The notes under the pieces: generated by a model
Databases searched by the model: none
The model's input: only the letters and a program-made list of their open reading frames with translations
What the model was told of the DNA's origin: nothing
Shown here: positions 1-9,180 of the stretch, one piece after another
Layout of the letters: every line of letters starts with the position of its first letter
How positions within the stretch are numbered: the stretch's first letter is position 1
Made by a program: the position numbers and the translations under genes
From: Alphaproteobacteria bacterium UBA2964
GTDB lineage: Bacteria > Pseudomonadota > Alphaproteobacteria > MPNO01 > UBA2964
Reading direction: 5' to 3'
Assembly (NCBI GenBank): GCA_905182615.1
Contig: CAJJCG010000034.1
Span: 1 to 64,000, forward strand
Length of the DNA stretch: 64,000 bases

Positions 1-56
1 TGGTTGGAACCAGCGTAGGGAGCCGTCACGCAGGGTTTCTCCCAGCGTTTTACAAG

Positions 57-158
57 ATGGCTTCCAGAGAATTTGGAGCTTTTGCTGCGATGATAGCAAT
101 AATTGGTGGCGGTATTTGTGGACTGGGTGTCGCCTCGCGCCTCGCACAGGTGGCTTGA
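57..158 (+). pseudogene. Possible remnant of an FAD/NAD(P)-dependent oxidoreductase N-terminus (33 codons, then stop)
   Basis: Own translation gives MASREFGAFAAMIAIIGGGICGLGVASRLAQVA-stop. IAIIGGGICGLG is a Rossmann GxGxxG motif, but the frame ends at TGA 156-158. The ORF is too short for the supplied track. Confidence 0.3.
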
Positions 159-234
159 ATTATCGTATCTGAAGGGCTGAAACAGGAATAGGTTTCGCGA
201 ATATTTGTACGCTTATAAAAACTAGGAGTGAGTT

Positions 235-1419
235 ATGAGAATTAGGATTCTGGCAGCAGTTGCTGTTTTAGTAGGATTTGTCGTTGGCAATACGGGTCTA
301 TCAGCCAATGAAATTGTACTAGGTCTGAGCTTTGGTAAAACTGGGCTTTATTCGACAACCAACAAGACGACGGAAATTGCGGTCGATATCGCCGTGGCAG
401 AAATTAACGCTGCGGGCGGGGTCAACGGTAAGAAAATCCGCATTGTCAAATTCGACACAGCCGGTGATCCCAAACAGGCTGTGGTTGCGGTCCGCAAGTT
501 CGCCCGTGACGATAAAGCGCTTGGCGTCATTGGGCCGTTTTCATCCAGTGAAGCGCGCGTTGCGTTTGCCGCCGGTGAGCGCGAAAAGATAGTTCAGATT
601 CCTAACGCATCATCCGCCCCAAAACTGGCGGATAAATTTTCCTATGCGTATCGTTTGACGGAAAGCGAATACCTGCAATTTGCCCGCGTCATCAAGACCA
701 TGAAAAAGCGTGGTGCACTGAAAAAATCTGTCGCAATCCTTTATGGCACAGATGATGTCGTGTCCAAGGCGGTCGGTCTGTACATCATGAAGCCGATCCT
801 GACGAAGGAGAACGTGAAGATTACCGGACCCATTGGGTTTGCGACCAAAGCGTTCGATGTGTCGCCGCAAGTGTCGCAGCTTAAAGGCAAGAAACTTGAT
901 TACGTCGGACTTGCCGGGATTGCGCCGATCGCTATTCGTGTGGTTAAGGAAATGAAACGTCAAAAGATCAATGTGCCGATCTTGGGTGCCCAGATTTGGG
1001 CCGATCCCGATATCGTTGACAAAATGGGGACCGATGCTGATGGCGCCGTTTTCGCCGCTTCATTTTACTATGATTTGAATGAACGGACTCGCGCCTTTAG
1101 CCGAAAATATGCTGCGGAAGTCAAAAAGCGCGGTATCAAAAAGCCTTGGCCGCATCATGTTGATGCCTCGGCTTATGATATTGTCTACGTCTTTAAGAAA
1201 GCGATGGAAGTCGCCAAGGTCACGGGTGATCCCAAGAACCTTAAAGCCGAACGAACGGCGATCCGTGATGCGCTGCTGACAACCACCTTTGATCTGGTTC
1301 AGGGCAAGGTTTGTTTTGAAAAGACTGGTGATGCGCAGCTACCGGCTTACGTCATGACTATGAAAAACCGGAAATGGGAGTTGCTGGACACCCATCCAGC
1401 GCTGCCCTGTAAAAAATAG
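235..1419 (+). CDS. ABC transporter periplasmic substrate-binding protein, Leu/Ile/Val-binding (type 1 PBP) family
   Basis: 394 aa with an N-terminal signal peptide (MRIRILAAVAVLVGFVVG). It has the LivK-like pattern GLSFGKTGLYS...INAAGGVNGKKI...D...P, ending at a TAG stop. Confidence 0.85.
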   Translation: MRIRILAAVAVLVGFVVGNTGLSANEIVLGLSFGKTGLYSTTNKTTEIAVDIAVAEINAAGGVNGKKIRIVKFDTAGDPKQAVVAVRKFARDDKALGVIGPFSSSEARVAFAAGEREKIVQIPNASSAPKLADKFSYAYRLTESEYLQFARVIKTMKKRGALKKSVAILYGTDDVVSKAVGLYIMKPILTKENVKITGPIGFATKAFDVSPQVSQLKGKKLDYVGLAGIAPIAIRVVKEMKRQKINVPILGAQIWADPDIVDKMGTDADGAVFAASFYYDLNERTRAFSRKYAAEVKKRGIKKPWPHHVDASAYDIVYVFKKAMEVAKVTGDPKNLKAERTAIRDALLTTTFDLVQGKVCFEKTGDAQLPAYVMTMKNRKWELLDTHPALPCKK

Positions 1420-1443
1420 GCAGTCTTCTGTTTAAGACATTAG

Positions 1444-1471
1444 CGGCGGGGGGGAACTCCCGCCGTTTTTT
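1444..1471. terminator. Rho-independent terminator between convergent genes
   Basis: CGGCGGG (1444-1450) pairs with CCCGCCG (1459-1465) around an 8-nt loop, followed by TTTTTT (1466-1471). Confidence 0.6.
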
Positions 1472-2381
1472 ATGACTCGCCGATACCGTCTTTCATCCGA
1501 AAGCCCGCGCCGTCCTTCTCAACAGGTCCATAGCCCGGAGATTGAAAATGCGCAGGCAGGATAAATGTGTCGCTGCCGACAAAACGGTCGAGCAGTCCAG
1601 TGCGTGTCTCACGTGACATCTGGGCGTCTTCGCAAAAAAGGGTCGACCATTCGGGGTGTGCAAGCTGGACCGGGTGATGCATGACATCGCCGCAAATCAC
1701 CGCATGAGTTTTGGCGGCTTCGCCGACATGCAGAACCATATTGCCGGGAGTATGGCCATAGGCAGGTTCGGTGTTGAGACCTGTAGCGATCTCGTGAGTG
1801 CCGTCGATGAGCTTTGCCTGGCCAGATGCCATGACCGGTAAGACACTGTCGGCATGCGATCCATACATGATCGGGTCGTCGCTTTGGGCCTGGCATTCTT
1901 CCCAGAATTTATATTCGCGTTCGGCAAATAGATATTGAGCATTGGCAAAGGTCGGCACCCATTCGCCATCGACTTGTTTGGTGTTCCAGCCCACATGATC
2001 GGCGTGCAGATGGGTGCACATAACGAAATCAATATCGTCCGGTGTAACACCTTGTCGCGCGAGGTTATCGAGGAACGGCCCTGACCGGTTGTTCCACATG
2101 TCACGACCCGGCCGCTGTTTACCGTTGCCAATACAAGCATCCACCAGGATCGTGTGGTTCTCAGTCTTAATAACATAGGCGTGGAAGCTGAGGTAAAGCT
2201 CAAGCGTATCCGGATTGATATGTTGTGGCCCGAACCGCTGGCTCAATGATTTGATTTCCTCCGGCGTTGCGTCGGGATAGAGCATTGATGCTGGAAACCC
2301 GCCATCGGTCATATCAACCACACGGCCAATATCGATTGCCCCAAACGAACAGCTATCGGTCTCGCGATTCCAGTTAGCCAC
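1470..2381 (-). CDS. MBL-fold metallo-hydrolase (lactonase-like)
   Basis: 303 aa with the HxHxDH motif THLHADHVGW and downstream His/Asp ligands (GHTPGN, CGDVMHH). Confidence 0.85.
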   Translation of the reverse strand: MANWNRETDSCSFGAIDIGRVVDMTDGGFPASMLYPDATPEEIKSLSQRFGPQHINPDTLELYLSFHAYVIKTENHTILVDACIGNGKQRPGRDMWNNRSGPFLDNLARQGVTPDDIDFVMCTHLHADHVGWNTKQVDGEWVPTFANAQYLFAEREYKFWEECQAQSDDPIMYGSHADSVLPVMASGQAKLIDGTHEIATGLNTEPAYGHTPGNMVLHVGEAAKTHAVICGDVMHHPVQLAHPEWSTLFCEDAQMSRETRTGLLDRFVGSDTFILPAHFQSPGYGPVEKDGAGFRMKDGIGES

Positions 2382-4264
2382 TAAACAGCTATTCCTTTTG
2401 CCATCAAATCCGCTATACGGCGGACGAAGGCCGCGGGATCGGGCAGGGGTTCACCTTCAAGAATACGCGCCTGATCAAGAAGCAGCCAGGCAGCATCGCT
2501 GAATTTGCTGCCGGCACCATCGGCGCCCGCGATACCAGCGAGTGCCATGATCAGTGGGTGCTTGCCGTTGACCTCCAGCACGCGGGTGATCTGCTCATTG
2601 AGCTGGTTATGCTGACGCAAGAGTTGCTCCATACGGATATCCATATCGCCGTCATCAGCACTGAGACAAACCGGGCTATCAGTCAACCGGTTCGAGATCC
2701 GGACGTCTTTAATAGAGTCGCCAAGCTCCAGCTTGACCATGGCGACCAGTGCATCGAGACCCGGTACGTTCTCTTCATCCGCCTTCTTGTCATCTTTCTT
2801 GTCGCTGTCGTCGGCACCCTCTTCTTTGATGGCGTCGAGATCATTGCCGGACCGTGTGGCAGAACGTAGGGGTTTGCCTTCATGCTCGCCGACGGCGGGC
2901 AGCCAGAACTCATCGACCGGATCGGTCATCATCAGCACTTCGATACCACGGGCCCGGAAGCCTTCGAGCTGTGGGCTCTTGGTAAGTGCGCCGATATCTT
3001 CGCCGGAGATATAATAGATCGCTTCCTGACCCTCTTTCATCCGACCGATATAGTCTTCGAGGCTGGTCAGCGCGTCATCATGGGTGCTGTGGAACCGCGA
3101 GAGTTTGAGGACCGCTTCGCGGTTGTCCTGGTCCTCATAGATGCCTTCTTTGAGGACTGCGCCAAAATTCTCCCAGAAGGTTGCATAATCCTCGGGCTTC
3201 TTATTGGCCATCTTCTTGAGGTCGCCCAGAACACGTTTAACCAGAGCCGTCTTAATTCGGGCGAGCGCTGGATTGTTCTGCAGCATTTCGCGGCTGACAT
3301 TGAGCGGTAAGTCTTCGGAATCGATCAGCCCTTTCATAAAGCGCAGCCATGGCGGGCAGAGCTCGTCACAGTCATCGGTGATGAAAACCCGTTTGACGTA
3401 TAGTTTGACGCCGTGCTTGCGGTCCGGTGAGAAAATATCCATAGGGCGCATCGCTGGAATGAACAATAACCCGGTATATTGCACCCGACCTTCGGCGCGC
3501 CAATGGATGGTCATGGCAGGTTCGTCGAAGGCGTGGCCGATATGGCGGTAGAACTCGGTATATTGTTCAGCCTTGATGTCTTTTTTCTGGCGGGTCCACA
3601 GCGCCGACGCCTGATTAAGGGTCTCCTTAGTGTCATCGATCTCCATCATGATTGGCAGCGAGATGTGATCTGAATAGGTGGAGACGATATGGCGCAGCCG
3701 CATCGGCTCCATAAACTCCGCCGCATCTTTTTTCAGCTTCATGACGATAGAGGTGCCACGACTATCGCGTTCCGCTTCTTCGATAGTGAACTGGCCTTCG
3801 CCGTCTGATGTCCATTTCCATGCCTGATCTTCACCCGCCCGGAGGCTGGTGACCTCGACCATGTCAGCTATCATGAAGCAGGAATAGAACCCAACACCGA
3901 ACTGACCGATCAGGGCGACGTCGTCATCTTTCTCACTGCTCAGCGCATCGATAAAGGCGGAGGAGCCCGAGCGGGCAATTGTGCCGAGGTCCTCGATCAA
4001 GGCTTCGCGGTTCATGCCGACGCCGTTATCGGAGATTGTTAGGGTTTTGGCTTTTTTATCGACAGACAGTTCTACTCGGAATTCGGAGTCGTCAGCGGTC
4101 AACGCAGGTTCCGTGATCGCTAGATAACGCAGCCGATCGCAGGCGTCCGAGGCATTGGAAATCAGCTCGCGCAGGAATATTTGTCGGTCGCTATAAAGCG
4201 AATTGGCGACAATTTTGAGAATCTTACCGACTTCGGTTTGAAAGCTTAGGGTTTCTGCAGTCAT
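2381..4264 (-). CDS. htpG: Molecular chaperone HtpG (Hsp90)
   Basis: 627 aa carrying the Hsp90 signatures FLRELISNASDACDRLRY, DNGVGM and GQFGVGFYS. Confidence 0.97.
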   Translation of the reverse strand: MTAETLSFQTEVGKILKIVANSLYSDRQIFLRELISNASDACDRLRYLAITEPALTADDSEFRVELSVDKKAKTLTISDNGVGMNREALIEDLGTIARSGSSAFIDALSSEKDDDVALIGQFGVGFYSCFMIADMVEVTSLRAGEDQAWKWTSDGEGQFTIEEAERDSRGTSIVMKLKKDAAEFMEPMRLRHIVSTYSDHISLPIMMEIDDTKETLNQASALWTRQKKDIKAEQYTEFYRHIGHAFDEPAMTIHWRAEGRVQYTGLLFIPAMRPMDIFSPDRKHGVKLYVKRVFITDDCDELCPPWLRFMKGLIDSEDLPLNVSREMLQNNPALARIKTALVKRVLGDLKKMANKKPEDYATFWENFGAVLKEGIYEDQDNREAVLKLSRFHSTHDDALTSLEDYIGRMKEGQEAIYYISGEDIGALTKSPQLEGFRARGIEVLMMTDPVDEFWLPAVGEHEGKPLRSATRSGNDLDAIKEEGADDSDKKDDKKADEENVPGLDALVAMVKLELGDSIKDVRISNRLTDSPVCLSADDGDMDIRMEQLLRQHNQLNEQITRVLEVNGKHPLIMALAGIAGADGAGSKFSDAAWLLLDQARILEGEPLPDPAAFVRRIADLMAKGIAV

Positions 4265-4419
4265 GCTCGGCGGTCTCTCTTCTGCTATCCGTTATTGTCC
4301 AGTGATTGTGTGGGCCAGAATATGTGACTTCAACGCCGTCTCCGCAAGGCCCCTTTATAGGCGATCTTGAGTTTCAATCAGCACTTGTTTCCAGCAACTT
4401 GAATCGCCACACTTTATTC

Positions 4420-6930
4420 ATGTTCACGCTGGTAAATCCTCCGAAAATTACGGCTGTCTTGGGCCCGACAAATACCGGGAAAACCTATCTCGCGATTGAA
4501 CGCATGCTGGGTCATCGGACCGGCATGATGGGCTTTCCACTGCGATTGCTGGCACGTGAAAACTATGACCGAGTGGTGAGCCTTGTCGGCCCGCGCCATG
4601 TTGCGCTGGTCACGGGTGAGGAAAAGATCATCCCGCCAACGGCGCGGTATTTTCTGTGTACCGTTGAATCAATGCCGGTAACCCGGCTGGTTGATTTCCT
4701 CGCAATTGATGAAATTCAGCTCTGTGCTGACCCTGAGCGGGGTCACCTTTTTACCGACCGCTTGCTGCGTGCCCGGGGGCAGTCAGAAACCATGTTTCTC
4801 GGCTCTGAGACGATTAGGCCGGTCCTACGCAAGCTGGTACCGGAGGCCGAGTTTGTCTCTCGGCCGCGTTTCTCAAAGCTGACCTATAGCGGTCCTAAAA
4901 AACTGACGCGGATGAAACGTCGGAGCGCGATTGTCGCATTTTCGGCCAGTGATGTGTATGCGTTGGCCGAGCAGATCCGCCAGACGTCAGGTGGCGCGGC
5001 TGTTGTGCTCGGGGCCCTTAGTCCGCGGACGCGTAATGCCCAGGTTCAGATGTATCAGGAAGGCGAGGTCGATTACCTGGTCGCGACTGATGCGATCGGC
5101 ATGGGTCTGAATATGAATATCGATCATGTTGCGTTCTGGCGACTGCATAAGTTTGATGGATTGCGGCGTCGGCCACTCGCCGTGGATGAAATTGCCCAGA
5201 TCGCTGGGCGAGCCGGGCGCTATATGCAAGACGGCACATTTGGCACGCTGGCAGAGCTTGGGATGCTTGACCCCGAAACCGTCGAGGCGGTGGAGAACCA
5301 TCGGTTTCAAAGCATACGCGGCATCTGGTGGCGCAACAGTGACCTTGAATTCAAGAATCTGACGTCTTTGCTCAAGAGTTTGGATGCATCACCACCATCG
5401 CGGATTTTGCGCCGCGTCCGTGAAGCCGAGGATCATGGCGCCTTGCGCCGCCTTGCGCACGACAAGTCTATCGCTGATCTGGCGGGCAATCCCGATATGG
5501 TCCGCTTGATATGGGAAGTTTGCCAGATTCCCGATTTTCGCAAGACCATGCCAGACGCGCATGTCCGATTGCTGGCAACGATATACCAGCATCTTGCGGT
5601 GGGGGAGGGACGGTTACCGACCGATTGGGTCGCTGCGCAGCTGGTTCGGCTCGAACGGTTTGATGGTGATATTGATACCTTGATGGCCCGTATCGCCCAT
5701 ACCCGGACCTGGACCTATATTTTACATCGCACAGACTGGATTGCTGATGCCGCAAGCTGGCAGGACCGGGCGCGGCTTATCGAAGATCGATTGTCGGATG
5801 CTCTGCATGAACGGCTGACGCAACGGTTTGTTGATCGACGAAGCGCTACCCTGGTTCGCTCACGCGGCAAAGATATCGAAGCGGATGTTAATGAGGACAA
5901 TGATGTCTTCGTTGAGGGCATGCTGGTCGGTCGCCTCGAAGGGTTGCGCTTTATTACTGATCTGTCTGCTACATCTGGCGATCGTCGCCTGCTGACCGCG
6001 GCTGCACATCGGGGATTGCAGCGCGAGATGGGACGGCGGGTCTCGGCGCTTGAAAATGCCAAAGACGCGGAGTTTACACTATTGGATGACGGAACAATCC
6101 GATGGCAAGACCAGATGCTTGGTAAGTTGACGAAGGGGGCGGATATTCTGTCGCCGCGCCCACAGGTGGCGACCAGCACTATTTTGCCAACGACTTTGCG
6201 GGATCGGGTTGAAGGGCGATTGTTAAGGTGGTTCGACGAAGTTTTGCGGCGGGCATTTATGCCTCTCGTGACAATCCCCGTCGCTAAACTTACAGGCCCG
6301 GCTCGTGGTATCGCCTTTCAATTGCGCGAGGGGTTGGGCTCTATTGCTAGGTCTGGTGCGCAGGCACAAATTTTAGCGCTTTCATCGCAGGACAAAAATA
6401 CTTTTCGATCCTGTCGTATCAGGGTTGGGCCGCAGACGATCTTCATCGCGTCACTGTTAAAGCCGCGTGTCGTGACCCTTCGAGCCCAGCTATGGGCGGT
6501 CTGGAATGTGCGGGAGGTCCCAGTCCTGCCATCACCAGGGCTTACGACCCTTTCGGTCAAGGGCGAGGCAGTAGCCGGGTTCTATGCGGCGATTGGTTTT
6601 GTGGCGCTCGGGGACCGGCTCATTCGGGCCGATATTCTTGACCGGGTGGCTACCGCACTCATTCGTCTGGCGCGCTCTGGAAGCTTTGCGTTGCCAGATG
6701 ACATACCTTCCTTGCTTGGTTTGAACGTGGCTGAAACGCAGACTCTGGTGAGGCAATTAGGATATGCCGTTCGCCCGGATGGCTCGGTCGCCCGCAAGGC
6801 TGGAAAACGCCGTCCTAAAAAGAGCACGGACCAGACGGGGTCGCCATCACAGAAGGTAGCGCGTAAACGCCGATCAACTATACCGGCGCCTGATTCTCCC
6901 TTTGCCAAGCTCGCGGAGCTGAGCCTGTGA
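4420..6930 (+). CDS. Suv3-like ATP-dependent helicase-related protein
   Basis: Walker A GPTNTGKTY, DExx box LAIDEIQL and helicase-C motifs ATDAIGMGLN and QIAGRAGR. I moved the start from the track's 4306 to ATG 4420 (MFTLVNPPKITAVLGPTNTGKT). Confidence 0.85.
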   Translation: MFTLVNPPKITAVLGPTNTGKTYLAIERMLGHRTGMMGFPLRLLARENYDRVVSLVGPRHVALVTGEEKIIPPTARYFLCTVESMPVTRLVDFLAIDEIQLCADPERGHLFTDRLLRARGQSETMFLGSETIRPVLRKLVPEAEFVSRPRFSKLTYSGPKKLTRMKRRSAIVAFSASDVYALAEQIRQTSGGAAVVLGALSPRTRNAQVQMYQEGEVDYLVATDAIGMGLNMNIDHVAFWRLHKFDGLRRRPLAVDEIAQIAGRAGRYMQDGTFGTLAELGMLDPETVEAVENHRFQSIRGIWWRNSDLEFKNLTSLLKSLDASPPSRILRRVREAEDHGALRRLAHDKSIADLAGNPDMVRLIWEVCQIPDFRKTMPDAHVRLLATIYQHLAVGEGRLPTDWVAAQLVRLERFDGDIDTLMARIAHTRTWTYILHRTDWIADAASWQDRARLIEDRLSDALHERLTQRFVDRRSATLVRSRGKDIEADVNEDNDVFVEGMLVGRLEGLRFITDLSATSGDRRLLTAAAHRGLQREMGRRVSALENAKDAEFTLLDDGTIRWQDQMLGKLTKGADILSPRPQVATSTILPTTLRDRVEGRLLRWFDEVLRRAFMPLVTIPVAKLTGPARGIAFQLREGLGSIARSGAQAQILALSSQDKNTFRSCRIRVGPQTIFIASLLKPRVVTLRAQLWAVWNVREVPVLPSPGLTTLSVKGEAVAGFYAAIGFVALGDRLIRADILDRVATALIRLARSGSFALPDDIPSLLGLNVAETQTLVRQLGYAVRPDGSVARKAGKRRPKKSTDQTGSPSQKVARKRRSTIPAPDSPFAKLAELSL

Positions 6931-7286
6931 CGCCGCCGGGACCGTCAATTCGGCTCGATAAATGGTTGTGGCATGCGCGATTCTTTAAGTCGCGGTCTAT
7001 GACAGGCAAAATTTGCGGTTCAGGCCGCATCCGAGTTGATAGCACATCAGTCGAAAAAGCGCATTATGGCGTCCGAATTGGACAGGTCGTGACTTTTCCG
7101 CAAGCGCATCGTATTCGAGTGGTAAAGGTGCTGGGACTGGGAACGCGCCGAGGTCCGGCGCCGGAAGCACGGTTGCTCTATGAAGATTTATCGGTTGAAA
7201 CGCCCCGTGTGCCGCTTTTGCGGGGTGTCAGGCCAATACCGGTTGCCCGTTGGGATAAACGAGATCGAAATAAGGATGTGTGGTGA
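6927..7286 (+). CDS. RNA-binding S4 domain protein (Hsp15-like)
   Basis: 119 aa with IRLDKWLWHARFFKSRS typical of the S4/Hsp15 family. The GTG start overlaps the helicase TGA stop. Confidence 0.8.
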   Translation: MTPPGPSIRLDKWLWHARFFKSRSMTGKICGSGRIRVDSTSVEKAHYGVRIGQVVTFPQAHRIRVVKVLGLGTRRGPAPEARLLYEDLSVETPRVPLLRGVRPIPVARWDKRDRNKDVW

Positions 7287-7741
7287 TTAAAAAGATTCAG
7301 AAGTTGTTGGGTTTAAGTAGCGACGTTGCGGAGAAAGCTGGGGATATCGATGATGTTCAGCTGGCTGCAGCTGCGCTCTTGGTTGAAGTCGCGACGGTTG
7401 ATAAGGATTTCGATGTGGCAGAGCGCGCCAGAATTCTTGACTTTGTGCGGGATCGATTTTCCCTTGAGGAAGATGTCGCTGGACAATTACTTGCAAAGGC
7501 AGAAGCTGAGGTTGAGGGGTCCGTTCAGCTTTACGCTATTACCTCTGCGATTCGGCAGGGATTGTCCTATGAAGATCGTGTTGAGTTAATGGAGTGTTTA
7601 TGGCACGTCGCCTATGCCGACGGCGAAGCTGATCCTTTTGAAGATCAGCTAATGCGGCGGATCGGCGAGCTTATCTACGTAACCGACCGGGATCGCGGCG
7701 AAACCAGAAAGAAAGCGATTGCTGAAATAAGAGGCGATTGA
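7280..7741 (+). CDS. TerB-family (tellurite-resistance-like) protein
   Basis: 153 aa. The acidic helical repeat pattern (AAALLVEVATVDKDFDVAE...LWHVAYADGEADPFE) is typical of TerB-like domains. It overlaps the upstream gene by 7 nt. Confidence 0.7.
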   Translation: MVIKKIQKLLGLSSDVAEKAGDIDDVQLAAAALLVEVATVDKDFDVAERARILDFVRDRFSLEEDVAGQLLAKAEAEVEGSVQLYAITSAIRQGLSYEDRVELMECLWHVAYADGEADPFEDQLMRRIGELIYVTDRDRGETRKKAIAEIRGD

Positions 7742-7924
7742 CGCTTATTTTTTGGTTAAAAATGTCTTTAAAGCTCGGTCGTGACTGCCGAAACAAAAAT
7801 TTGTTTCACAACAGCGTTGCGCCGAACGCCCTGAAATAGTAGAGAAATTGAAGTTGAGCGCCTCATTAGGGGTATAAAGGCTGCCGCGTTATATTTTGGC
7901 AGCGGGGATTAATCGGAGACAGGT

Positions 7925-8260
7925 ATGACATACGTCGTCACGGAAAGCTGCATTAAGTGCAAATTTATGGATTGCGTTGAAGTATGCCCGGTAGATTGCT
8001 TCTACGAGGGCGAGAATATGTTGGTGATTCATCCAGATGAATGCATTGATTGTGGCGTATGTGAGCCGGAATGTCCGGCTGAAGCGATCCAGCCCGATAC
8101 CGAGACAGGCGCCGAGAAATTCCTCGAAGTAAACGCGAAATTTGCTGAGGAATGGCCCAATATCACTCGTAAAGGTGATGCACCTGCCGATGCCGACGAC
8201 TGGAAAGACGTCGCTAATAAAATGGAAGACCATTTCAGCGAAAAGCCAGCTGGCGGCTGA
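7925..8260 (+). CDS. fdxA: 7Fe ferredoxin FdxA ([3Fe-4S][4Fe-4S])
   Basis: [29 protein letters not shown]...[16 protein letters not shown] is the canonical Azotobacter-type ferredoxin Cys pattern. Confidence 0.95.
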   Translation: MTYVVTESCIKCKFMDCVEVCPVDCFYEGENMLVIHPDECIDCGVCEPECPAEAIQPDTETGAEKFLEVNAKFAEEWPNITRKGDAPADADDWKDVANKMEDHFSEKPAGG

Positions 8261-8564
8261 TTGTTATCGCCTGGATTCAAGAAGGCGCTCTGATTTAGCG
8301 CCCTTACAGGGCGGTTCAGCAAGATACCTTGTTCTTTTGCCGAATTTTGTGTTATGGCACTTCGGATTATCAGCGCATGTACTTGGGCTGTATTAACTGC
8401 GGTGCCGGGTTGGATATGAAGGCAAAGCACCCTATATCAGGTAATTGACCGATATAGGGCGGCAAATTTCATGAATCAGTCGCAAAATTCGAGTTCAAAA
8501 CATTCGAGTTCGTAATATTTGCGAAGAAACCTAATCGCATCCGCGTTTTAGACGAGAGATTTTT

Positions 8565-9122
8565 ATGGCAACCAAAGCGAAGGCTAAACCCAAGGCCAAG
8601 AAGCTACCTTATGCGGCCAAGGACTATGTAGTGTATCCCACCCATGGGGTCGGGCAGGTAACTAACGTTGTGAAAGAAGAAATCGCAGGGTTTGAATTAC
8701 AGCTCTACGTAATCAACTTCGCGGCCGAGAAAATGACTTTGCGCGTGCCGGTTGGCAAAGCGGCGGAAGCGGGTCTGCGTAAAATCAGCAGTAAAGACAA
8801 GATGCAGACAGCTGTTGGCACGTTGAAAGGCCGCGCCCGCGCCAAGCGGACGATGTGGAGCCGCCGGGCCCAAGAGTACGAAGCCAAGATTAACAGCGGC
8901 GACCCCGTTGCGATTGCCGAAGTGGTACGCGATTTGCATCGGCCGCCCGATCAGCCGGATCAATCCTATAGCGAACGGCAAATGTATGAGGCGGCGATGA
9001 GCCGTCTGGCATTGGAACTGGCACTGGTTGAAAAAATTGAGCTTGAAGCTGCAACGGCCAAGCTGGCAACCATGCTGATTAAGACAGCACCGCCGCCCGC
9101 GCCAGAGACACCAGAGAGCTAG
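8565..9122 (+). CDS. carD: CarD-family transcriptional regulator
   Basis: 185 aa with the N-terminal CarD/CdnL/TRCF-RID-like segment YVVYPTHGVGQV...F..E.MTLRVP. It sits in the conserved position after fdxA. Confidence 0.92.
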   Translation: MATKAKAKPKAKKLPYAAKDYVVYPTHGVGQVTNVVKEEIAGFELQLYVINFAAEKMTLRVPVGKAAEAGLRKISSKDKMQTAVGTLKGRARAKRTMWSRRAQEYEAKINSGDPVAIAEVVRDLHRPPDQPDQSYSERQMYEAAMSRLALELALVEKIELEAATAKLATMLIKTAPPPAPETPES

Positions 9123-9141
9123 TTTTCTTTGAAATTGAATT

Positions 9142-9180
9142 AAAACGCCGCCTGCGAAAACTGGGCGGCGTTTTATTTTA
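9142..9180. terminator. Bidirectional rho-independent terminator
   Basis: AAAACGCCGCC (9142-9152) pairs with GGCGGCGTTTT (9164-9174) around an 11-nt loop. It has an A-tract upstream and a T-tract downstream, and lies between convergent carD and the cyclase remnant. Confidence 0.65.

Noticed and set aside
4265-4419. Heat-shock (sigma-32/RpoH-type) promoter upstream of htpG.
   Set aside because: Only weak matches are present. TTGAAA...CCTATAAA has a spacer of about 10 bp, which is too short. TTGAAG-N13-CCCACACA has a poor -10 element. I cannot support a promoter call without a position weight matrix or transcript data.
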